A program made the translations under genes and the position numbers. From Lama guanicoe (taxonomy: Eukaryota): a stretch of DNA of 64,000 bases. Where the stretch lies: contig MU056262.1 of assembly GCA_013239625.1 (NCBI GenBank), positions 7,354,134 through 7,418,133 of the forward strand, given 5' to 3'. The notes below the pieces were generated by a model. The model was not told the DNA's origin and did not search any database. It was given only the letters and a program-made list of their open reading frames with translations. Every line of letters starts with the position of its first letter. Positions within the stretch are counted from its first letter, which is position 1. Below, piece after piece: positions 13,659-25,400 of the stretch.

Positions 13659-13842
13659 TAAGGTTGCCAGATTTAGCAAATTAAAACATGGGATTTCCAG
13701 TTAAACTTGAGTTTCTGATAAGCAATGATTTTTTTTTTAGTTTTATCTCAAACATTACATGAGATATACTTCTAGCAAAATATTTTTGTTTATCTGAAGT
13801 TCAAAATTAATTAGGTGTCCTGTATTTTCTCTCTCAAACTTA
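13659..13842. mobile_element. MER53 palindromic hAT MITE (near full length)
   Basis: aggttgccagatttagcaaattaaaa…ccagttaaacttgagtttctgataagc…tttatctgaagttcaaaattaattaggtgtcctgtatttt matches the MER53 consensus. Confidence 0.85.
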
Positions 13843-14149
13843 CTAGGGAATTATTCACCAATTTTATAGGTTAAACAGAATAAAATGTAGGTTTGATTAA
13901 GATACAGCTTGGAGATACCTAAATTTGATTGGGCATTAATTACACATTTTAATTATTGAGAAGAGTTACCGTTCAAAGAAGAAAGCAGTGTCTGCATGAT
14001 CTCTTTCTCTCTCATAGTTAACGCAGCCGATGAAGACAACAGAACGCCAAGCCCGGGACACAGCAAACACCCACTGTTAACTACGGTTGTTGAGTTGTTT
14101 TTATTATGGCCGGTGGTGTGCTCATTAATCCATCACGCCCAAATCTAAC

Positions 14150-14360
14150 GAACCTTATTACTTTCCAGGCGCTGTACTGGGGTTTTGCACATACACCATC
14201 TCTCTCAATCCTTCCAGTGCCCTTATGAGAAAAATATTACCATCCTGAGATTACAGATGAGAAAACAGAGACTGAGTGGTGCAGTATCTTGTCTGCGATG
14301 TGACAGAATCTGTGTTTTAACTTAATTCACCCCGACTCCAAGCCCAGCGGCTTTTCCATC
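14150..14360 (-). mobile_element. MIR SINE
   Basis: ccaggcgctgtactggg…ttacagatgagaaaacagagact…gactccaagccca. Confidence 0.75.
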
Positions 14361-15339
14361 ACAATAAGTGTAAGCACAGGGTGTTTGGGTTTTCACTTAA
14401 AACCCCACCACGAAGGAAGGAAAATGAATTCAAGATCGCTGACTCTAGTTAAGCAGTGCCGTATGCATCCAGTGTATTTCTGCAGTGAGACTCTTAGCTG
14501 TGTGTGGTTACTTGTGGCAGGTCACCCACCTGTCGTCTTTGCAGACATAAATAACTCCAAGCATTTGGAAGGAGGTGTGGGAAGCTGAGGAAAGAACAAA
14601 GGAACTTTGGTGTAGAAATGCCACTTTGGCTAGAATAAACGGGAGCCAAAAACAGTCAACACTGGGTCTCAGGCCTTAGACTCTGCACTACTGACCCAAG
14701 ACAAAGAAGGGGGCGGACAGAGGGAGCGCCCCCAAGGCCGCTGCTGCCTTCGGGTGTAGTGAGTAGGTACCACCCCGAGGCGGAAATGGACTCAAGTCCC
14801 TCCGGGACACCCCTTATCCTCCTTGCCCTCCAGTACGATGTCAGTCCATCAGCTAAACATTAAGGGACCTTAATGAGGGACAAATTCTGCAAAGTCCTAG
14901 GTTGTTCATCCAGTATCAGAAAGTCCCCAGACAGAGAGAAGATGCTGCACAGAGCGAGGGACAGAGCAGCAACAGCCCGAAAAGGCATTCTTCTGGGCAA
15001 GTGTGAGTAATAAAAACAACAACAAAACCGACATCCCCAGTGTATAATTTCCAAAGCTCCCTGCAGTGTTAAGTATGATAGTCCTAATTATGCTCATTTT
15101 GCAGCTGAGGCCCCAGAAGACCCGAGAGGTTGGTTCTGCTCCTCTCCCAAGGCTTCAGAGCACACCCGCAGGGGAGCTGGAAACAGAAGGCGGGTCCGGA
15201 GCGTGTCCCAGAGGTGCTGGATTTCACGCTATTAAAGGACGTTCTCATCCATCTGACTTCCCGTATTTTCTACCCTCTTTCATAACTAGAATTGCACCTA
15301 CGTGAGGCCAATTTCCCAACTTGCACCAAAGCCCATGCT

Positions 15340-16290
15340 CGTTTTCCTACCCAAAGACATCGGTCCAAATATGAATTCCTCCAGCATCATCAATCATGCC
15401 TTTGCTCCTTGACCATCCTCAGCAGCATATAAACACATGCTGCCTTGTGTCCGATCCTTCAGACACATACACCCATGCACACACACAGATATGTACATAC
15501 ACACATACAGAGAGAGATCCTTTTTCACCCTATCTCACTCCAACTCTGCCCCATCTCTCTATTCCTTCAACATAGAAAAAGATGGATTGCTAAATGGATC
15601 TAGGACTGGATAAATAGACATGAGGAGGCAAAGCTATTAAAAGGTTAAGAGTAGAATCCAGGTGGGGGCGTACATGGGTATGTTCACTCCACACTTCTTT
15701 CAGCCTTCCTGCATAATTGAAATTTTCAAAGTAAAATATTGGGGGGGAACTGTCTCTATTTCAAGTCCGTTCCTCCTATGACCCTCTGAAACCATCCCAA
15801 TAAGGCTTTCACCACCATTACCCACCAGTTCTTGTCAACGTCCCCCATGACCTTCACATCACGAAGTGCAGTGGTCACTCCCTAACCCTCTTACCTGACC
15901 TACTGGCAGTGTTTGACTCCCTCCTTCCAACACTGTTTTCCCCACTCAGCTTCTGGGCTGTCACTCTGGTTTTCCGTATAAATCACTGGCTTCTCCTTCT
16001 TAGTTTCTTTACCTGTTTTTTTTTCCTCACCTTCCCAATAGCTAAGTAGTAGTGAGCCATCAAACTTATTCCTTAGGCGTCTCTTCTATCTGCTCTCCTA
16101 TGATGAGTCCATCTATTCTCATGGCTTTAAGTGGCATCTTTGCAGGTGGCTTCCCAATATGTATCTTCAGCGTAGACCTTGCCCTTGAAGTCTGGATTTC
16201 TATATTTAACTGCCTATTCTTGGAGGTCTAGTAGATGTCCCAATCCTAAAGCGTCCAAAGTCAAACTCCTGGTTTTACACTAGCACCCTC
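15340..16290 (+). mobile_element. Long L2 fragment (RT-coding to 3' region) with nested L1 3' end at ~15580-15750
   Basis: L2 motifs atgaccttcacatc…ttacctgacctactggcagtgtttgac…tctcatggctttaag…tatatttaactgcct; nested gtagaatccaggtgggg…tgttcact…ttgaaattttcaaagtaaaatattggg (L1MC-type end). Confidence 0.75.
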
Positions 16291-16299
16291 AGTCTCACT

Positions 16300-16812
16300 T
16301 AGATCTGCTTGTCACCCTGTGAACAAGCCTGACTTAGCCAGCTGGAGGATGAGAGGCCATAATAGCAAAAAACATGGCATGCTGTCAATCCTAAGACACC
16401 AGAGTGAGGCCATCCCCGATCTGCCAGTCACCAGCCACCAAATCAAACATCTAACTAGTGGTAGATATGCGTGTGGTCTCCGGAGAGATCAGCTGAATTG
16501 GCCAAGCCAACCCACAGAATTAGGAGACTAATAAAATGTTGTTTTCTTGAGCCATTAAGACTTGGGATGGGGAATTCGAGATGTGCAAATACTAACTACT
16601 TATATAAAATAGATAAAAAACAAATTTCTTCAGGATGGCACAGGGAATGATATTCAATAGCTTGCAATAACCTATAATGAAAAAGAATACGAAAACAAAT
16701 ATATGTAAGTATGTGCAGGACTAAAACATTATGCTGCACACCAGAAATTGACACAACATTGTAAACTGATTATACTTCAATTAAAAAAAAAAGACTTGGG
16801 ATAGTTTGTTCT
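16300..16812 (+). mobile_element. MaLR (MLT1-type) LTR fragment, interrupted by a young L1
   Basis: tgtgaacaagcctgacttagccagctggaggatgagaggcca…gtgaggccatcc…cccacagaatt…ttgagccattaag…ttgggatagtttgtt. Confidence 0.7.
16569..16790 (+). mobile_element. Young 5'-truncated L1 3'UTR (camelid/cetartiodactyl type)
   Basis: Ends …ccagaaattgacacaacattgtaaactgattatacttcaatt + poly(A); perfect 12-bp TSD AAGACTTGGGAT at 16557-16568 and 16791-16802; TT|AAGA endonuclease-like site. Confidence 0.92.
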
Positions 16813-18314
16813 TGATGAAAATTCCAGAGTATCTGAATTATTCTAGAAAGTATGTGTAATTTTAAGCAGAAAGAGTCACTTTTAAAAGAAGATAATTACC
16901 TGTCTTTAAATGCATGAACTGGGACCTGCTCTTGTCATCGGCCCTTATTTCCTTGAAGATGGCCCCTTACACTGCCCCATGTTCTCACCTGGGCAAGTTT
17001 TCATGGTCGGACAACTTCTCCCAACTATCTCTGAGAGTCTGGGGTGCAGCTTTTTGTGTGCTCTCTCTACGCCGTGGAAACACCTGAGCTCCTACACCCC
17101 CTTCTCAGTGAAATGTGGACAAAGGATGGAGACAGGTCTATATAAAAGTGTCCTCTGTTTCTTTTTATTTTAATGCCATGTGATAGTCTCTGGAATTTAA
17201 ATCTGGTTAGTTGTGGCTTACTTGGTGAACGTGCCTCCATTTTGTATTGATTAACTTTTGACATTGAATCACAGTACGAATTCTTAAAAACTAATTTTTG
17301 ACCCTGGAATGCAAATACGGTCTCAAAATTTATTATATACCTCAAACTCTTCCATAAATTGTATTAGGAAGCTATGGAGATTGCACATGGTCTATTACAA
17401 AGAGTGGTGCGAGGACTCTGCAACTACCTAAGCCCCGAATCCTGACCTCACCAGTTACATTTGACTTCACACAATACGGCTAATGAGTCAGCAGCCTGAC
17501 CAGACTGCTAGAGTGAAACAAAAGATTCCAAAAGGCCTAGTAAACCCTAAAGATGACGACTTCCGCTTCTTTTTCTTCTTTTCATTTGCTTGGCTCCCTT
17601 CCGCAACGTTCCGATCCCATGTAGGGAGCCAGGCCCCAGAGACTCCCTGCCTGAGCCCCTCCCACCAAGCCTCACTGGCGTGGTTCTCACGGGCGCCCTC
17701 ACACCTCATGTCCTGGCGTCTGGTTAGCTCCCAATACGCGGCACCACCATGGTGAGTGTAGCCGCCTTCTGCCCTCCTGGACTGAGGCTCCTTGAGGTCA
17801 AGCTCTGAGTCTTACTGACGTCTGTGCGCCTTGTACCCAGCACGGGATCTGACACAGTGCTGCTGCTCCAGATGGGTCTGCTGACCGAATGAAATAAACA
17901 GCTTTACGTTTCATGATCAAGCACAAAGCTCCCCCAGGAAGCCTGAGGACTGATGGAAACTATCCAAGTGTTTGTTGCCACCATCCTCACCACCACCATC
18001 CTCACCATCATCATCACTCACTTCATTTCAGTCGCTGTGTTTCCTGGATTTCATTTGTGTCCCCCAGCCTTATTATCTAGGAAGCAGTGGGAGGCTGGGC
18101 AGAAATCCAGGCCTCTTGGCTCAGAGTCAGTCAATCCTTCTCTACAGCATTATTACTACTAGCCAGATGGAACCCAGAGAGGCCCACAGAGCAGTGTAGC
18201 AGAGAGAAGTCTAGAATCAGAACCTTTGCCCTTGTGAATGAGGAGGAAGAAAATGTCCATTCAGAAAACAACAACTGCCCTGTCATCCTACCCAGGGCTC
18301 TGTTTCACCTCTTT

Positions 18315-19074
18315 GTTTTTTCTGTTTTAGGTTCATGGCAAAATTAAGAGGAAGGTACAGAGATTTCCTATGTATCCCCTGGTCCCAGAAAGACACGCCA
18401 AGCCTCCCCCAGCATCCACACCCCCACCAGAGTGGTACACCTTTGGTACAGCTGATGAACCTACGTTGACATGTCATAATTGTCCAAAGTCCACAGCTCA
18501 CACTAAGGTTTGCTCATTGTACCTTTGATGGGCTTGAAATAATGTGTAATGGCATGTATTCGTCATTACAGAATTGTGCAGAGTCGATTCCCTGCCCTCA
18601 CACTGCTCTGCTCTCTGCCTGTGCATCTCCCTCCCCAGCTCCGGCAACCACTCATCTTTATACCATCTCTGTAGTTTTACCTTTTCAAAATGTGGTCCAG
18701 TTGAAGTCATAAAGTATGTAGCCTTTTCAGATTTCCTTCTATCATTTAATAGCATGCATTTAAGTTTCCTCCATTCCTTTTCATGGCTTAATAGCTCATT
18801 TCCTTTCAGTGCTGGGTAACATTCCACCGTCTGAATGTACCACAGATTACTGATGGACAGTAACACTGAAGGGCATCTCAGTTGCTTCTGAGTTTTGGCA
18901 ATTATGACCAAAGCTGCCGTAAACATCCGTGTGCAGGGTTTTGTGTACATGTAAGTTTTTGACTCCTTTGGGTAAATATCAAGGAATGTCAATCGCTGGA
19001 TCATATGCTAAGAGTACAAGTAGTTTTATAAGAAGCTGCCAAATGGGCTTCTAAAGTGGCTGTACCACTTTGCA
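18315..19074 (-). mobile_element. L1MC1-like 3' fragment (ORF2 C-terminus + 3'UTR) inserted in a MIR
   Basis: ORF 18498-19004 gives L1 ORF2 C-terminal peptide (IYPKESKTY…CTRMFTAAL…LWYIQTVECY); 14-bp TSD TGTTTCACCTCTTT at 18301-18314 and 19075-19088. Confidence 0.9.
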
Positions 19075-19552
19075 TGTTTCACCTCTTTTTAGTTCTTACA
19101 ACCACCCTCTGAGGTCAGAAATAGCTTTCAGATGAGGAAGCTGAGCGGCAGTGGATTTTCTAGGCAAGGCTGTGAATAACTAAGTGACCACTTGCCATCC
19201 TAAATGTTCTACTGACGTTTCCACACAGCTTCAAAAAGTTGCTCAGAGCCCTGCCTCCAGATAAAACAGAAAATCTATGACATCTCCTGACAGGGCCAGC
19301 TTCACTGAAGGCTGGGTGAAGAGGAGAATGCTGTTAGGAAAAACAGACAGACAGAAACCATGCTTCTTGAGGATCCTTCAAGAAGGGGGACTGAAACAAG
19401 CACGTTTCATGAACATGAATCTGTCATCATCCAAAGTGCCTAAGCCTCGGAAGTTTAACGTGTCTGCATGACTGCCTCAGACCATGCATTCCTTAAGCAC
19501 TCTGAGAACTTGGGGCTTTTGGAGGAAGCTACCTCACAGGAGTTACATGGGG

Positions 19553-19678
19553 CATCCAAATATTGCATGGGAAACACTTAGACTAAAATAATTGTCATTT
19601 ATCTGAAATCCAAAGTTAACCGGCGTCCTATGTGTCAGTTTTGCTTGTTTGCTTGCTTTGCTCAATCTGGCAACCGTA
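19553..19678. mobile_element. MER53 partial copy (centre plus one arm)
   Basis: ccaaatattgcatgggaaacacttagactaaaa…tttatctgaaatccaaagttaaccggcgtcct…atctggcaaccgta. Confidence 0.8.
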
Positions 19679-19927
19679 CACAGGGCTCTAACAGTGAGGG
19701 GGCTGGTCCTGTGTCACTGGCCAGAGCTGTGACCCATGTCCACCACTATACTGACCCTTAGCAAGGGGACAGAACTTCCGCGCATGACTTGAATCACTGT
19801 GGATCATCCCCCCAGGCGCAGGGCCGTGGCGCAGAGCAGGACCGTGAGCCACAGGGGAGGAGAGGGGTTTGGAAAGGCACCCGGCCGTGTCAGCCCCACT
19901 ACAACCACTCTCAGCTGGTCCCACGGC

Positions 19928-20248
19928 TCACACCCTCTCTTCCAGTCCCACCGAGCTCACGCGTTCTGAGGACGTGGTCTGACACAGCTGGGGACCGACG
20001 TGGACACAGGGAGTAAGGCGGCCCCAGCCGGCTTTATCCTTTACTCGTTCCCGGCACGTCCTGCAGTGGCTACCACCGTGTGTCCCTCGCTTCCTGTAAG
20101 ACAGTGCCTCGGAGGTCGTGCTACAGAAAGAACACCGCCCTGCGTGAGTGGGAGTGGGAAGACACGCTGCTGTGCTGAGTGGTGGCCCAGCTCTGGAGAC
20201 GTCTGCCTTTGGGCCAGCAACCTCCTCTTCCGGTCCTGGTCTGCTCCC
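19928..20248 (-). CDS. Hypothetical coding exon (unverified; exon 3 of speculative model)
   Basis: Acceptor tcctccccttttacag| at 20248, open frame to stop at 19928, optional phase-0 donor |gtgagc at 19961; CpG-rich; no homology recognised. Confidence 0.15.
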   Translation of the reverse strand, partial: GSRPGPEEEVAGPKADVSRAGPPLSTAACLPTPTHAGRCSFCSTTSEALSYRKRGTHGGSHCRTCRERVKDKAGWGRLTPCVHVGPQLCQTTSSERVSSVGLEERV

Positions 20249-20369
20249 CTGTAAAAGGGGAGGATTTCCTAGAAAGGGGGAAAGGCCCTTCTCATGCTGC
20301 CTCTTAGCATAGCCACATCTGGCCCCTCCCACCCGACCCGACACCAGCTTTGGCATCTCTTTTTTTAAA

Positions 20370-20700
20370 CAGTCACTCATTTTTTTCATTTTTTAAAAAA
20401 AGTCAAGAGTTCTGTAACAAGTGTTGAATATATCCGGTGCACTATTAGGCGGGTGCTGCTGATAAAAAAATATGTCCCCCACGGCCCTCCCTGAGCTTAC
20501 AGTACAACAGACGAAACAGACATGCCCACAGCCAAGTGCCATTCAGGGCAGGGGGCACCACTGCAGAGACTGGAGAAGGTACCAGAGGACGCCCGGGGAG
20601 GGAGGGAGGGAGCATCCCCATGGAAGGGAATCTGGGAAGAGCTTAGAGATGAAGTGACTTCTGAACTGGGGCTTGAAAGATGGGTAGGGCTTTATCATTC
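20370..20700 (-). mobile_element. L2 3' fragment
   Basis: ccctccctgagcttacagt…ggaatctgggaagagcttagagatgaagtgacttctgaactggggcttgaaagatgggtagg. Confidence 0.75.
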
Positions 20701-21712
20701 AGGTAAGGCTCCTGGTGTGTTCAGGGAGCAGTTAGAGGCGCCATTTGGACCAGAGATGCTCCCATGATAATGACTGATGATGAAAAGCAGTGGAGGACTG
20801 CTTCCATAGCAATGGGGATAAAAGAACAGAATGAATCCATCAACTGAGGTGAGCACCTAGAAGACAATGATTTCTAATGCATCAATCCTTAAAATGCCTT
20901 TCCTGGCAACATTAATTCACTTAGGTGATACTGAAGCCTCCTTAAAAAAAAACAAACAAACAAAAAACAAAACAGGGCTGCCAACAACGCATTTCCTAGT
21001 GAGGTGGTGCAGGACCCTAGAGCAGTGCTGAAATGCAAGGAGAGGGTGTCATCCTTTGAGGTACTGGCCTCATTTGTCACATGGGTCCCAGCAGAACGGA
21101 CACGTTCCACAAGCCGTTATCTACAGGTTACCTGCCTTTCCACCTGCTGGTGTTTTATAACATCCTCAACAGAAAGGAGGTGCCCGGAAGGACGAGTGGT
21201 AGTTTTCAGGTTGAATATTGGCGTCTATTCCTTTTAAAGGGAAGCTGACATCTCATTTTTTAAGGGTGACATGCCATTACAGAGATGCATTGAAAGGTTA
21301 AGATTCAAGCACACTCTTGAACATTCCAAGTGGCACACGAGCTAGAAAGAAGCTCTCATTAGGTGTAATGGCCCTTCTACCTTGAAATGTGGGAGAAGGG
21401 CGCACGCTGAGAGAAGCCACAACAGCACACATTGGGTAAATAAACACACTCTCAAGGAAATCAGAACAGACTGGCCTTCATTCCGTTTCAAAATGGCACA
21501 GCCCTGCGCATCTCTGGACAAAGGGAGCCAAGCCAAAACACAGAGCCACATGCAGGTGGCGCTGGGATCAGGCGTCTCCTTTTGAAAACGGCCACGGCAC
21601 CGTGTGCGGGAAGAACCTGGGGAGGGCGCTCTGAGTTCCAGCAAGTGCCATGGGGTCACCATTATCGCCACCACGGCATCATGGGCAGTATCTGGGAATG
21701 ACACGCACCTAC

Positions 21713-21810
21713 CTCGAGTGAGCTAGGGGCCTTCCTTGCAGAAGCCTCCCCAAATGAGTGGCCTTGGCGATCCATGATTTATAGGATAAGGACACCACAC
21801 CCGCACACAG
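21713..21810 (-). CDS. Hypothetical exon with strong-Kozak ATG (MDRQGHSFGEASARKAPSSLE; unverified)
   Basis: Acceptor ctgtccctctccag|, donor GAG|gtaggt, ATG at 21775 in ATCATGG context with in-frame upstream TAA. Confidence 0.2.
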
Positions 21811-22139
21811 CTGGAGAGGGACAGCACCGCGGTGAGCCCTAGGACCAAATAGAGCCCCCTTCCACCGAAGCCCAGAGAGTAAACGGTCTGCTTGAGTTCA
21901 CCAGACCCTAGAGGGGGCTGGAACTCGAACCAAGAACCTCGTTTTTCTAGCTAAATTCAGAGTATGCCCTTTCAGGACGCCGAGAATAGCTTCCTCTTGC
22001 CAACCTCTCAGCCGACTTTAAACTTTGTCACCTTTCCTCCGACAGCTGTAGTCTCTGGTATTTCTGCTCTCTGTTTGAAAGGGAGTAACTTGACAACCTT
22101 TAAAATCCTTCTGTAGAGAAAAAAAAAATACCCATCCAC

Positions 22140-22480
22140 ATTCCTGCTGCACTCCTCACGGCCTGCCTGCCTCCGAGCAGGCTTCCTTGGCCTCGCCTGT
22201 ACCTGGGCTTTGTTAACGAACTCTCTCTGAGGTCCGGGTGTGAGATGATAACTCAGCTACTGCTGGGGGCTGCAGAAGGCCAGCCTGTAAGGTTTCCAGA
22301 GAGAGCCAGCAGGCCTGGCCACGTTTTCAATGGACAGGGGTGAGAGAATGAAGAGTTATTTTCCCCATGTGTTGCCTGTGAGCCTGCATGAGGCAGGAAG
22401 GGGGGAGGCGCGGGGGGAGGAGGGGAGAGAAGGGAGATGAGAGCGGGAGCAGGGAAACGTCAGCTCAGGTTCTTTCAGAA
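22140..22480. promoter_or_regulatory. GC/purine-rich repeat-free promoter- or enhancer-like segment with G4 motif
   Basis: G-tract array ggggggaggcgcggggggaggaggggagagaaggg (~22400-22435); minus-strand donor CAG|gtacag at 22203. Confidence 0.3.
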
Positions 22481-23226
22481 TAAATTTCACTTTAGGGCAG
22501 AATCTTGGTTTCTAAGTTGGTTTCTAGAAATTCCATTTTTCTTATTTCAAAGCTTCCTATTGCATCCAGTATTTCTACAAGTGTTTCTTGGTAGAAGAGC
22601 AGCACCATACAAAGAGGCACCAAAAAATAGAAATTGAGACACAACCCACCCTCTTCCAAACAGCCAGATCTCAAAGGCATGGTTCTGATCCAGGGAGGGG
22701 AAGGATTCCCAAGGTGGGGTGCTGTCTGAGTTTTTCCTTCCCAGCTGCGTGCCACAAGCTGAGAAGACATAAAAACACAGCAAAGATTCTAGCACTCCAC
22801 GTGTGCAAGGAAGATCTGACCAGTGGGTGGGTGGGTGGGATGTCAGGACCCACTGGCCCAAAGCTCTGACCCCATTTTCCGTCTCCCTTGGGGGTAACTC
22901 AGTTTTCTGCTCATCATCAGAGCTGACTCTGGAGCATGCTGTCCTGCGTCCCACTGAAGACCTGTCTGGGCTTCTATCCTTCCCTTTGAAAGATTCTATT
23001 CACATAATCAAAGAAAAACACTTGACTGTACTCTAGGGAGAAAGAATTGATAATTAACTCCATGAACATAAAAGCCATAAAGGTGGGTATAGTTTAGGGG
23101 AAAATCTGCCTTTAAATCTACATTTCTCTCCTGGAAAATTCCTTTCAGCTATAAGACTCACATTTAGGCACAAAAGAAGACCTCAAATCAACTTCCAACT
23201 TGAAGCTCATCAGTTAAAACCTGGGT

Positions 23227-23632
23227 GCCGGGTATATACACTCTGTGGAATATTATTCAGTCCTGAAAAAGGAAATTCTGATGTGTGCTACAACATGGAT
23301 GAACCTGGAGAGCATGATGCTAAGTAAATACGCCATTCATAAAATGACAAGCACTGCATGATTCCACTCACAGGAGCTACCTAGAGTATTCAAAGTCATA
23401 GATGCAGAAAGTAGAATGGTGGTTGCCTGGGGATGGGAAATAGGGAAAATGATGAGTTATTTAAGGGGTTGAGAGTTTCAGTTTTGCAAGATGAAAAGAC
23501 TTCTGGAGAAGAAGGGTGGTGATGACTGCACAACAACGTGAATGTGCTTAACACCACTGAACTGTACACTCAAAAATGGTTAAGACAGTAAATTTTTATA
23601 TTATGTGTATTTCATTAGTTACAAAAAAATTT
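23227..23632 (+). mobile_element. L1MB-type 3' end
   Basis: tggaatattattcag…acaacatggatgaacct…ttttgcaagatgaaaag…ccactgaactgtacact…; near-perfect TSD AAAACCTGGGT (23216-23226) / AAAGCCTGGGT (23633-23643). Confidence 0.88.
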
Positions 23633-23644
23633 AAAGCCTGGGTT

Positions 23645-24478
23645 ACAGCTGACACCATACTCAATGATGAAGAGCTGAACGCTTTTCTTCTAAAGTCAGG
23701 AGCAAGACAAGGATGCCCACTCTTGCCACTTTTATTCAACAAATATATTTTATTCAAGATTACAATGAAAGTCCCAGCAAGAGAACTTAGGCAAGAAAAA
23801 GAAACAAAAGGCATCCAAGTCAGAAAAAGAAAGTAAAACTGCCACTATTTGCAGATGACCTGGTATTATATATAGTTAACCCTAAACGCTCTACCAAAAA
23901 AATATGTTAGAACTAATAAATGAATTCAGTAAAGCTGTACAATATAAAAAAAAATCTGTGGCATTTCTGTTGACTNNNNNNNNNNNNNNNNNNNNNNNNN
24001 NNNNNNNNNNNNNNNNNNNNNNNNNNNNNNNNNNNNNNNNNNNNNNNNNNNNNNNNNNNNNNNNNNNNNNNNNNNNNNNNNNNNNNNNNNNNNNNNNNNN
24101 NNNNNNNNTAAAAGAAATCGAAGAAGACACAAATAAATGGAACGATAATCTGTGCCCATGAATTGGAAAAATAAATACTGTTAAAATGTCCATATTACCC
24201 AAAGCAATCTACTGATCGCCATTGAAGTTCCAATGGCATTTTTTCATAGAAATAGAACAAATAATCTTAAAATGCATATGACATCACAAAGACCCTTCAT
24301 AGCCAAAGCAATCCTGAGAAAGAAACACAAAGCTGGAGGCATCCCTCTGCCATATTACAAAGCTCTAGTAATCAGAGCAGAATAGTATCGGCATAAAAAA
24401 CTGACTCATAGATCAACAGAACAGAACAGAGCCTAGAAATAAACCCATACATATATGGTCAATTTGCGACAAAGACAC
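23645..24478 (+). mobile_element. Internal L1 ORF2 (RT domain and downstream) fragment, degraded
   Basis: Peptides [46 protein letters not shown] are L1 ORF2p motifs; contains N run 23976-24108. Confidence 0.93.
23976..24108. other. Assembly gap / masked run (133 N)
   Basis: Run of N inside L1 ORF2. Confidence 0.99.
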
Positions 24479-24679
24479 AGGCTAGAAAGTGTGCAAATAA
24501 AACCACGCGGCCATAAGTTTCTAATTTAATTGTTTCCTAACTAAATGGAATCAAGAGGCTATTGTTCTGCCTACATCCACCACAACTCATTTAATCCTGT
24601 GTCAGTCTGTCTTTCTGAAACACCCGCCCAGGCAGTCCCTAGTCCTGACTCACCAAAGCATCTCTCCTGCTCCCTGGAT

Positions 24680-25400
24680 GCTACACATCAGTATGAAGTT
24701 CTGTGTGGAGCTGAGGAGGAAGAGGCTTTGGTGTCATCAGTGTGTAGACAGGTGGTGGATGAAGCCCACAGGCTTCCAGAAATTGCTCCAGCAGAAAACA
24801 GACAGTGAGACCGGAGGAATGAGGGAGAAAACTTGGAAACCATCACCACGCAAGGGAATGGGCAGAGAAGCAGAAGGACCCAAGGAGAGACTGGTCACCA
24901 GACTCACAGGAGAAAGGGGCTTGGAGCAGAAAGTCATGGTCAACAGCATCTAATGTTGTCAGAAGTGATGCGTCATTAGAATGTGGCACTTACGAGGTCC
25001 CCTGGTATTTTTAGAAAACCACTTCCACAGAGCTGGGTGGTAAAAGTGACAGTGACACAAGGATAAAACAGAATACGATGGGGGCAAATAAATGCAAGTG
25101 ATTCTTTAGGATGATTGAGACATGAATGAGGCAAGGGGAGCAGTCTCCAATGGAGGGAGGTGGATGCAAGGTTTGGAGGCTTCGAAGGTGCTGTCTGTTG
25201 TTGAACGTGGGTTGGATTGAGTACTTCTGCAGGCTGTGCTGAGTGATTTGGAGAACAGGAGAGAGAGAGATGGAAATTCAAGATTCAAGAAGTAGAAGAG
25301 TGACAGAGGAGGGACGATTCTAGGGTTGGAACAGACAGGAGCCAGAACCAGGCAAGGAGGCACACCCTCCATGAGAGGAAAACCCTTTTACAAAGGAGAA
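24680..25400 (-). mobile_element. L2 fragment
   Basis: gtgtcatcagtgtgtagacaggtggtggatgaagcc…ggtcaacagcatctaatgttgtcagaag…gaggtccctggt. Confidence 0.65.

Noticed and set aside
18498-19004. 168-aa ORF as a host gene
   Set aside because: It is the L1 ORF2 C-terminus plus 3'UTR read-through.
24545-24808. Acidic, protein-looking ORF (…GAEEEEALVSSVCRQVV…)
   Set aside because: Largely an antisense translation of L2 sequence.
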